Positions 1 through 7,424 of a stretch of DNA of 30,092 nucleotides are shown piece after piece. The DNA lies in contig JAGGZB010000078.1 in assembly GCA_021162225.1 (NCBI GenBank), positions 1-30,092 on the forward strand, read 5' to 3'. The stretch is from Candidatus Bathyarchaeota archaeon (lineage in GTDB: Archaea; Thermoproteota; Bathyarchaeia; Bathyarchaeales; DTEX01). The notes beneath the pieces were generated by a model, which was not told the origin of the DNA, ran no database searches, and saw only the letters and a list, made by a program, of their open reading frames with translations. Made by a program: the position numbers and the translations under genes. Every line of letters begins with the position of its first letter. The first letter of the stretch is position 1.

Positions 1-431
1 GCATAGTCTTCGGATACATGATTATAGTGCTGTTCCTCTCCCAGCTGAATCCATTAGCAACCATTTTGGGGTTGATGATCACTTTCTTCGTCCCGTTCAT
101 GTCGAAAAAAGAGTTCCTAACCATCTCAGCCTTTTATTCAGCCACGGTAACAGGCGTGACATTCCTGAGAAGAGACGCTTTAACTCCGCTGTTCGGAGCT
201 GACATATTCACACTTTTCGGAGCAGGATCTCTTCTGGTTCTAGCCTTAATTCTACACCTAGAACCAACCGAATTCCTGAAAACTCTGCATCCAGCCATCA
301 TACAGTCAGCCGGGGCTTTACTTGTCCACGCGAGCTCTTATGAGGAGGTGGCTAATCTCAAAAGAGGAATGCGAGAACGGTGTTGTGCTTCCTCGAAATA
401 TCGTAGCCTGCATAGTCGATTTTATAGGTAA
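1..431 (+). CDS. Partial multi-pass membrane protein of unknown function, probably 5'-truncated by the window edge; probable cargo of the integrated element
   Basis: The frame is open upstream of the ATG at 18 (ATA GTC TTC GGA TAC ATG). Several hydrophobic stretches. The C-terminal ~35 aa look atypical (see finding on a possible frameshift). Confidence 0.5.
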   Translation, partial: IVFGYMIIVLFLSQLNPLATILGLMITFFVPFMSKKEFLTISAFYSATVTGVTFLRRDALTPLFGADIFTLFGAGSLLVLALILHLEPTEFLKTLHPAIIQSAGALLVHASSYEEVANLKRGMRERCCASSKYRSLHSRFYR

Positions 432-509
432 GAGGTCTGAGTTAGGCTAAGAAAGTGTGGAAGAATTTGTGAAAGAAGCTATTATGGTGCCTTCACATGC
501 ATGGTGTTT

Positions 510-1796
510 TTAAGTTAGTTCCTTCCGGATCTTTATGATTTTTTCAAGTATCCGTTCAACCCTGGCGAGACGCTTCTCGTATTCTACGCGGAGGTAACGT
601 TCCCTCTCCAGCTCCGCCAGTTTCGTCTCGTACTCTGACAGCCGCGCCGTCCTTATGTTTAGCAGCTCTCTAAGAGCCTTGATCTCGGTCTCGTACTCTT
701 CGAGTTTCCTCTTCATTTCGCCCTCGACGATCGTCTTTACTGATGGGGGCTCCGAAAGGAATGTGACCGCCGGCAGGACGAGCTGATACTGCGTCCTAAG
801 CCATTCTAGGTTCGCAACGCAAAAGTCGTAGACGCTTTCTATTCCGAAGCTGCTGAGCGAATGGCCCATCATGGCCTCGCTTGCCATCCTATCCACACCG
901 CTCATGGAACAAGCAGTCTTAAAGTACTTCCTGAGGCTGTGAACTCGGATGTTGAATAGGTACCCCCTCTCTAGGAGGGGCCCGTTCCTGAATCTCCGTT
1001 TCCCCTTCATGATCACCTTCCTCCGGTCTATGCCAGCTCTCCTGCAGAGCCCCGCCCAGATGTTTCTAACGGTCGCCGCGGCTATGGGCCTCCCGTCGAA
1101 AGTGACGAAGAGATGGCTCTCCGGCGTTATCTCCTCTCCCTTCATCTCCCTCTGCCTCAGATAGGCCCTCAGGTACTGTGCTGTCTCGGCAGAGATGAAC
1201 GTGACGTGAGGCAGCCCCTCCTTTGTGATCTCGCCCGGAACCTCAACCATGTAGCATGGCAGACTCTCATCCCATAGGTCGTCCCTAATATGCTTCAGCC
1301 TAAGATTGATTATTGTATCGCCTACCCGGAGCCCACTCGACGCGGCGAAGCAGATTAAAGCCCTCTCCCTCAGCTTCGCCGCCTGAAGGATCCTAACAAT
1401 CTGCTCCTTCTGGATCGCATCCCTATTCACGAGAGTCCTAACCTTCCCGACATAACTCCTAAAAGAATCCCTAACCTCCTCCCAGTCCACATTCCTAACG
1501 CGGTTCTCCCTCAGCCAAACCCTTATGCCGTTAAGCCAGTTACGACAAGTCTTAGGCGCAAGCCTATCCTTAGCATCAACGATCCAATCCACAACCTTCT
1601 CAGTCGCATCCTCCTCATCCAAGCCAGACAGAAAACCCACACACTCAAAAGGAGGCATACCCATAAAATCAGAAAAGTCCTTGACAGCCGCGACGTACTG
1701 AAGCTTCGTACCCTCGCTAACAGACCGCCTCTCAAAAACCCTGCGGACAGAAGGATCATTCTCCATCAAAGCCCGATAGGCCCTAGGAAACCCCAT
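510..1796 (-). CDS. Tyrosine recombinase/integrase with N-terminal core-binding domain and C-terminal coiled-coil tail
   Basis: Catalytic set visible: R (SSGLRVGD), K (ITKEG), HxxR (VHSLRKYF), H (MMGH), Y (ESVYD). Starts 52 nt downstream of the tRNA 3' end on the same strand. Confidence 0.93.
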   Translation of the reverse strand: MGFPRAYRALMENDPSVRRVFERRSVSEGTKLQYVAAVKDFSDFMGMPPFECVGFLSGLDEEDATEKVVDWIVDAKDRLAPKTCRNWLNGIRVWLRENRVRNVDWEEVRDSFRSYVGKVRTLVNRDAIQKEQIVRILQAAKLRERALICFAASSGLRVGDTIINLRLKHIRDDLWDESLPCYMVEVPGEITKEGLPHVTFISAETAQYLRAYLRQREMKGEEITPESHLFVTFDGRPIAAATVRNIWAGLCRRAGIDRRKVIMKGKRRFRNGPLLERGYLFNIRVHSLRKYFKTACSMSGVDRMASEAMMGHSLSSFGIESVYDFCVANLEWLRTQYQLVLPAVTFLSEPPSVKTIVEGEMKRKLEEYETEIKALRELLNIRTARLSEYETKLAELERERYLRVEYEKRLARVERILEKIIKIRKELT

Positions 1797-1815
1797 AATA
1801 AAATGATTCGGCGAG

Positions 1816-1835
1816 GCACAATATAAAAGTTGTGC
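1816..1835 (-). promoter_or_regulatory. Integrase TATA box enclosed in a 6-bp inverted repeat (GCACAA-N8-TTGTGC)
   Basis: The minus strand reads GCACAACTTTTATATTGTGC. TTTTATAT lies ~25-32 nt upstream of the integrase ATG, which fits a leaderless transcript. Confidence 0.55.
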
Positions 1836-1847
1836 ATAAGCCTATAA

Positions 1848-1923
1848 TGGAGCCGGGGATGGGATTTGAACCCATGTTCAGCGAGTCTGCAGCCCGCCGC
1901 CTGAACCGCTCGGCCACCCCGGC
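1848..1923 (-). tRNA. tRNA-Cys: tRNA-Cys (GCA), intronless, CCA encoded
   Basis: Folds as a 76-nt cloverleaf: acceptor GCCGGGG/CCCCGGC, anticodon arm GCGGG-CTGCAGA-CTCGC, T arm ATGGG-TTCAAAT-CCCAT, discriminator U73, then CCA. Confidence 0.97.
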
Positions 1924-2005
1924 TGAGCTTAAACTTGCCCAAGAAATATTCAGAAATAAACTTGCTCTTATACCTTTTTCTTGCGGCAGAACAGTCTCTA
2001 TTAAT

Positions 2006-2311
2006 CTACATTTTGATTATCTGTGCATGTAAGACTCCGCTTATTTCCATAACCGCTTCTGGATGAACATAGCCACGCTCTATAGCTCGCTTAACAATTC
2101 TTGTTCCGACAAGATTCACGATTGTGCTCTTTTCGATTAAGTCTATGGCTTCCTCAATGCTCGTCTTAAACCCCTTATAAAACTCTTCTTTAACCTCAAA
2201 GACTATCCCGGAATCCTTAAAGGTCTTGCCGAGGATGTCAGCGTCGCAGGCAGCTAAGAGAACCTGTCCCCCCCATCTTCGAATCTTAACGTAAGCCTCC
2301 AATACCGGCAT
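2006..2311 (-). CDS. DUF424 family protein
   Basis: LLAACDxDILGKTF and FYKG motifs, ~100 aa, next to aIF-2beta as is common in archaea. Confidence 0.88.
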   Translation of the reverse strand: MPVLEAYVKIRRWGGQVLLAACDADILGKTFKDSGIVFEVKEEFYKGFKTSIEEAIDLIEKSTIVNLVGTRIVKRAIERGYVHPEAVMEISGVLHAQIIKM

Positions 2312-2331
2312 CTTCCAAAATCTTTCCTAAT

Positions 2332-2742
2332 TCATATAGGTCTCAGGGGAGATCTAGCTCCGCATGCCTCGCACTGAAGGAAGTACAGCCTTTTCTCCTT
2401 AACAATCTTTGTATCCGGCCTCTTGCAGATCGGGCATATGACATACTCGTTAACGTAGCGCCTAATCAGCCTCTCGAGAGTCTCAGCCTCAAATCTTCCT
2501 TGGAAGATAACCCTTCCTCCCTCGGCAGTGGCGGCCGTAGCGAGCTCTTTAGAAAGATACTTCAATACATGTTCGGGCTCCCTGTTTGCTACGTCGCAGA
2601 TCTCCTTGAAATTGTGCAGGATAGTTCTGGATCCAGAGATTGTTACGAGAGGCTTAGGAACCTCGAACCTCTCACGTTTAAAGACTGAAGGAGGCAAGGC
2701 TTTGTAGGCTTCGTCTAGCATTCTCTCATAATCTAAACTCAT
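2332..2742 (-). CDS. eif2b: Translation initiation factor aIF-2 subunit beta
   Basis: RFEVP, NFKEICDVANREPEHVLKYLSKELAT, and a zinc ribbon CPIC...CEACG. Confidence 0.96.
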   Translation of the reverse strand: MSLDYERMLDEAYKALPPSVFKRERFEVPKPLVTISGSRTILHNFKEICDVANREPEHVLKYLSKELATAATAEGGRVIFQGRFEAETLERLIRRYVNEYVICPICKRPDTKIVKEKRLYFLQCEACGARSPLRPI

Positions 2743-2846
2743 ATGCGAATCCTCACAATATATAAAGAATTCATCACCTAAAATATTTATCCGAAAAACA
2801 AAGGGACGCGGAAGACTGGGCGAAAGGCACTGAGGAGGAAGAAGGG

Positions 2847-4271
2847 TTGAAGATGAAGAAGTATGAGAATTTCAGTAAATGGTTCGACGATCTACTCCTA
2901 AACGCTGAGATAATGGATAATCGATACCCAATCAAGGGATTCGCGGTATACAAAGAGTGGGGTGCAAAGATAGTTAGAAAGATAATTGAGATGCTCGAGA
3001 AAAAACTTGAGGAGACAGGGCATGTTCCAATGTTCTTTCCCGTAGCGATCTCAGAAGAAACATTCAGAAGGGAGGCTGAACATATCAAGGGCTTCACGTC
3101 AGAGGTCTTCTGGATAACTCATGCTGGAGATAGAAAACTGAAGAAGAGAATGCTCTTGAGACCAACCTCAGAAACGGCGATGTACCCAATGTTCTCGCAA
3201 TGGATAAGATCGCATGCAGACCTGCCGCTGAAGATATTCCAGAGCGTCTTTGTCTATAGATACGAAACGAAAGCGACAAGGCCGCTATTCAGAATGAGAG
3301 AGTTTCTCTGGAATGAAGCTCACACGGCGCATAGAAGCTGGGAGGAGGCGGAGGAACAAGTAACGAAAGCAATAGAAATATACGATGAAGTCTTCAAGAA
3401 TTTGGGGCTGAGCTATTATATTCTCAGACGGCCGGACTTCGACAAGTTTGCAGGGGCAGCTTATTCAATAGCCTTCGACGCCTGGAATCCTGATGGAAGA
3501 GTCAACCAGATAGGAACAGTACATAATTTAGGAGAGAATTTCTCACGGGCCTTCGACATAACATATGAGGATATAGGCGGAGTGCGAAGATATGTTGTCC
3601 AGACATGCTACGGATTCGGAATAAGCCGAGTACTAGCGGCCATAATAGCCCAGCATGGAGACGATCATGGTCTGGTGCTTCCGCCAGAGATAGCTCCGGT
3701 TCAAGTTGTTGTGATTCCGATACCATATAAGGAGCTGGAAGACGAGATAGAGAAATACTCCAGAAGAGTCTATGAGAAGATAGTATCCGCGGGATTCCGA
3801 ACGCGAATAGACGAGACTGATAAGACCCCTGGAGAAAAATACTATTACTGGGAGATGTTTGGGGTTCCCATCCGAATTGAGGTGGGACCGAGAGATCTTA
3901 AAGAGAATCAAGTGACGATCTGTGAGAGAGTAAACCTAGAAAGAAGAACAGTGCCTCTTGAAGAAGCTCCAGGAGCAATAACAGAAGAGTTTAGTAAGAT
4001 TGAGAAAAAACTGAGAGAGAGGAGCCTCTCAACTTTAAAGGAGATGACAATAAAGGCTAGAGACATAGAAGCCTTAAAAGAGGCGATAAAATCAAAGAAG
4101 ATCGCGAAGGTTTGCTGGTGCGGAAAGATTGAATGCGCCGAAAGGATCAGGGAGGAATCTGGAGGGGAAATAAGAGGATACAGAATCGATGTTGAAGAGA
4201 GCCCAGAATACGCATGTATAATATGCGGGAAAGAAGCGGAGAAAGTAGTGTATGTGGCTAAAGCATACTAG
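2847..4271 (+). CDS. proS: Proline--tRNA ligase, archaeal/eukaryotic type (start may be the ATG at 2853)
   Basis: LRPTSET, FRMREFLWNEAHTAH, QTCYGFG, anticodon-binding domain, C-terminal Zn site (CWCG...C...CIIC), ends in AKAY. Confidence 0.97.
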   Translation: MKMKKYENFSKWFDDLLLNAEIMDNRYPIKGFAVYKEWGAKIVRKIIEMLEKKLEETGHVPMFFPVAISEETFRREAEHIKGFTSEVFWITHAGDRKLKKRMLLRPTSETAMYPMFSQWIRSHADLPLKIFQSVFVYRYETKATRPLFRMREFLWNEAHTAHRSWEEAEEQVTKAIEIYDEVFKNLGLSYYILRRPDFDKFAGAAYSIAFDAWNPDGRVNQIGTVHNLGENFSRAFDITYEDIGGVRRYVVQTCYGFGISRVLAAIIAQHGDDHGLVLPPEIAPVQVVVIPIPYKELEDEIEKYSRRVYEKIVSAGFRTRIDETDKTPGEKYYYWEMFGVPIRIEVGPRDLKENQVTICERVNLERRTVPLEEAPGAITEEFSKIEKKLRERSLSTLKEMTIKARDIEALKEAIKSKKIAKVCWCGKIECAERIREESGGEIRGYRIDVEESPEYACIICGKEAEKVVYVAKAY

Positions 4272-4282
4272 GCGGAATAATA

Positions 4283-4312
4283 AAGAGAAAAAGATCGCAA
4301 TCTTCTTTTTTT
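4283..4312 (+). terminator. Probable proS terminator: short hairpin plus T-tract
   Basis: AAGA-TCGCAA-TCTT followed by a T7 run at 4306-4312. Confidence 0.45.
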
Positions 4313-4390
4313 AGAAGTCTTTCATGAAAAGAATGGCATTTGATAGTATTCTAAAAGAAGCGGTCAAATGCTATATGCTTCAAGGTTTAC

Positions 4391-4403
4391 AAAGCTTTTT
4401 TAT
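4391..4403 (+). promoter_or_regulatory. Putative BRE/TATA promoter of the GHL6-like gene
   Basis: AAAGCTTTTTTAT resembles the AAA(G/C)-N-TTTTATA pattern seen before several genes in this window. Confidence 0.4.
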
Positions 4404-4437
4404 GTGGTAACAAACAATAGATCGCTACACAATATTT

Positions 4438-6612
4438 GTGGAGGTAGAGGTTGAAGTAGTCATGCAGGCAAATAATGAATTTCCAAAACGTTATCAGTGG
4501 ATTAAGGAGACTCCTATAGCTATACTTGAAGAGAATGAAGTTCCATTATGGCGCGATGCAAGTCAAGTGGCCGACGCGGTTGAGTCTATGGGCGCCGAAG
4601 CCATAAGATATCCAGCCATAAGATGGGCTGTTCACACCTATAAGGAGTCGAAATATCTGCCTAAGTATCCCGGTCTTGGAGAAAGAGACCTTTTAGGAGA
4701 GATAATGAACGAGATGAAAAGTAGAGGAATAACCGTTATTCCTTACTGTCACATCGGGGTTCTCCACACACACGCCTATAAAGTACATCCTGAATGGGCG
4801 GCTAGAGACTATTATGGAAGGCCGTTTTCTTGGAACGGAGTTCACAGGATGGTTTGCCTAAACAATCAACTTTTCATAAAGGCAATGCTGGGAGCCGTTA
4901 AAGAGGTAGTATCTAACTATAATCCAGACGCAATATATTTTGACGGGCCGGTCTGGTACATGGAGACATGTGCATGTAAATACTGCAGGAAGATATTCGA
5001 GGAACGTTTCGGATATCCCCTACCCTTAAAACTTTCTTGGGATGATGGAACTAGGCAAGATTACAATAAGATGAGGGACGAACGAGTTAAAGAAGTTATG
5101 AAGCTTCTCAGCGAGTCAATCAAGGAGTTAAAAGATATACCAGTCTTCTTCAACACTTCGATGAAGTATCTTCCAAGTCACAACTGTGGAATACCAGAAT
5201 TAACAGCGGAGCATGCTGACGGAGCGAATACGACAGAAGTGCACAGACCTCTATCATACTGGGAGATACTCGAGACGGCTCGTTTAGGAGAAGCCCTAAA
5301 GAAGGTCTCACTCTGTTATTGTCCCCCAGGACCATACGAGTCGCTCTCAACATTCGATACTTTAGAAGCAGTCGTTTTCGGAGTAACATATGCGGCTCAT
5401 GGAGGAACACCAATGGCCCAGACGGTCTCAGCATTTCTATATGACAAGACCGGAGCCGCACAAATGAAGAGTCTCCTTAATCACTTGAAGAAGAATGCGG
5501 ATATTTATTATAGAGCTAAGCCTGTAGAAGAAGTTGCCCTAATCTACTCCAGACAGACGGGTGAGAATTACGCCAAGGAAGAGGTTGCTGAAAGACTTGA
5601 AATGCACTTCAGCGGAGCCTTCAGATCTCTAATTCATGAACACGTGCATTTTGTCTGTTTATTCGATACGCAGCTAACATGGGAGAAGATCAAAGACTTC
5701 AAGGTATTGGTACTCCCGAACGTTGTATCCCTAAGCGATTCTCAAATAGATCTTCTTAAGCGATTCGTCAAGGAAGGCGGAGGCCTAGTTGCTACCTACA
5801 AGACATCCCTATATGACGAGAAAGGGCTGATGCGGAGAGACTTCGGCCTAAAAGATCTATTCAAACTCACATATCTCGGAGAAACACCAAAGGATAATTA
5901 CAGGCGCAGAGACTATCGGGGAATGGGCAGAGAGTGGGGATATGCTGAGATACCTGAGGCTTACTTAAAGTGGTCAAAGAGACACTTCATAAATGAGAAT
6001 CTAAATCTAAATCATCTAGTCCCTGTCTCTGATGCTTGTCTCGGAATGGAGAGGAAGCCCCCTGAATACATAGTCTCTTCCCCAAAGGATGGAGCTGAAG
6101 TAATCGCGACGCTTTACTTACCGTCCGGAGGAGCATTCGGCGAATCATTCAAGCATCCATTAGGTGAGCCTCCTGGACTCGTTGTCAGCTACTTTGGCAA
6201 GGGAAGAGTTGTATACGTGGCTGCTCCCCTCGGAAAACGTTACTTAAGACGGGGGCTTCCGGAGCTAAGAATGATCTATAGCCGAGCTGTCAAGTATGCT
6301 CTGGGTGGACGAAGCATAATTGAGATTGACGCGCCGCCGGGACTTGTAATAAATCTAACAAAGGATCAGAGCCATTATTATCTGCATCTGATCAACTATA
6401 CTGGAATGATGACCGAGTCGCCTTACAGAGTTGTCGATTGGATTTCTCCCTTAGGAGAAATAAAAGCTAGTCTCCAAATCGACGAAGAAGTAAAGAATAT
6501 CCATCTGCTAGTCAAGGGGAAAAACGTAAAATTCAACCAAGATGACACCGCATTGAGATTCACTATCCCCGAGATCAACATACACGAAACGGTCATCATA
6601 GAACTTCATTAA
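4438..6612 (+). CDS. GHL6-like putative glycoside hydrolase with a beta-galactosidase trimerisation (GATase-like) domain; likely start ATG 4462
   Basis: N-terminal TIM barrel with IYFDGP and a CxCxxC motif (CACKYC) as in GH42/GHL6-like proteins. Central LVLPNVVSLSDSQIDLLKRFVKEGGGLVAT segment. No signal peptide seen. Confidence 0.72.
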   Translation: MEVEVEVVMQANNEFPKRYQWIKETPIAILEENEVPLWRDASQVADAVESMGAEAIRYPAIRWAVHTYKESKYLPKYPGLGERDLLGEIMNEMKSRGITVIPYCHIGVLHTHAYKVHPEWAARDYYGRPFSWNGVHRMVCLNNQLFIKAMLGAVKEVVSNYNPDAIYFDGPVWYMETCACKYCRKIFEERFGYPLPLKLSWDDGTRQDYNKMRDERVKEVMKLLSESIKELKDIPVFFNTSMKYLPSHNCGIPELTAEHADGANTTEVHRPLSYWEILETARLGEALKKVSLCYCPPGPYESLSTFDTLEAVVFGVTYAAHGGTPMAQTVSAFLYDKTGAAQMKSLLNHLKKNADIYYRAKPVEEVALIYSRQTGENYAKEEVAERLEMHFSGAFRSLIHEHVHFVCLFDTQLTWEKIKDFKVLVLPNVVSLSDSQIDLLKRFVKEGGGLVATYKTSLYDEKGLMRRDFGLKDLFKLTYLGETPKDNYRRRDYRGMGREWGYAEIPEAYLKWSKRHFINENLNLNHLVPVSDACLGMERKPPEYIVSSPKDGAEVIATLYLPSGGAFGESFKHPLGEPPGLVVSYFGKGRVVYVAAPLGKRYLRRGLPELRMIYSRAVKYALGGRSIIEIDAPPGLVINLTKDQSHYYLHLINYTGMMTESPYRVVDWISPLGEIKASLQIDEEVKNIHLLVKGKNVKFNQDDTALRFTIPEINIHETVIIELH

Positions 6613-6634
6613 GCATCTTCATCTTTTTAATTGT

Positions 6635-6647
6635 AAAGGCTTTTATA
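6635..6647 (+). promoter_or_regulatory. Putative BRE/TATA promoter for the SIS-heparinase genes
   Basis: AAAGGCTTTTATA ~35 nt upstream of the ATG, plus a GGAGG RBS at about 6667-6673. Confidence 0.5.
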
Positions 6648-6681
6648 CCGCTGCATTGAACTCCTTGGAGGAGGCTATTTT

Positions 6682-7422
6682 ATGGATTTAGTAAGGAAAT
6701 ATTATGATATCATCGTGGAAACTCTGAAGAAAATCGAAACAAACGAGAAAGAAAATATCCGTAAAGGCGCGGAGCTCATGGCTGAGGCTATCACGGAGGA
6801 CAAATTGATTCACGTCTTCGGCAGCGGGGGACATTCAAACATGGCTACTGAAGAGATGTTTCACAGAGCTGGCGGTTTGGCCTGTATAAATCCCATATTC
6901 GTCGACGGCATCAGGATTCCTCATATTCCAAGAGCTGAAAGGCTACTTGGATATGTCGAAGAGATTTTCCGATTTTACGACTTGAAGAAAGGTGATCTTC
7001 TAATGATTGTCAATGCTTATGGAATAAACAGTGTAACGATAGAGTCAGCTCTCCTAGCTAAAGAAAAGGGAATCAAGACAATAGGTGTAACTGGAACTGA
7101 ATATGCTAAGAATCTTCCAAAGGATTTCGTAGGGAGACATCCGAGTGGGAAGGCTCTTCACGAGCTAGTTGATATATTCATAAATACCTATATACCCTAC
7201 GGAGACGCGGTGATTGAAATAGAGGGCTGTAGAGCAAAAGTAGCTCCGATAACGACGTTCGCCAATAGCTTTATTCTGAACTCCTTGGTTATTGAGACTG
7301 CTAGAATACTCTCCTCCAAAGGCATCGAACCGCCTATCATCTGTAGCATTAATACCCTTAACGGAGAGGAACGAAACCAGTGGCTTTACGATAAATATAG
7401 GAAAAGAATACGCTGGCTTTAA
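6682..7422 (+). CDS. SIS-domain sugar-phosphate isomerase-like protein (UPF0309 type)
   Basis: IHVFGSGGHS, EEMFHRAGGL, NAYGIN and a PYGDA motif; ~246 aa single-domain SIS protein. Confidence 0.85.
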   Translation: MDLVRKYYDIIVETLKKIETNEKENIRKGAELMAEAITEDKLIHVFGSGGHSNMATEEMFHRAGGLACINPIFVDGIRIPHIPRAERLLGYVEEIFRFYDLKKGDLLMIVNAYGINSVTIESALLAKEKGIKTIGVTGTEYAKNLPKDFVGRHPSGKALHELVDIFINTYIPYGDAVIEIEGCRAKVAPITTFANSFILNSLVIETARILSSKGIEPPIICSINTLNGEERNQWLYDKYRKRIRWL

Positions 7423-7424
7423 AG

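Larger units (their letters stand above)
1..1850. mobile_element. Right-hand end of a probable integrative element (provirus or integrated plasmid) inserted at the tRNA-Cys 3' end, extending beyond the left window edge
   Basis: Intact integrase abuts a tRNA 3' end, and housekeeping genes resume on the other side of the tRNA. The second att copy is not in the window. Confidence 0.65.

Noticed and set aside
1832-2032. 66-aa plus-strand ORF
   Set aside because: It is the antisense reading of the tRNA-Cys gene (the MEPGMGFEPM pattern is typical).
1848-4271. tRNA-Cys close to ProRS, recalling the proposed dual Pro/Cys synthetase
   Set aside because: That proposal was not upheld. The genes are on opposite strands with two unrelated genes between them.
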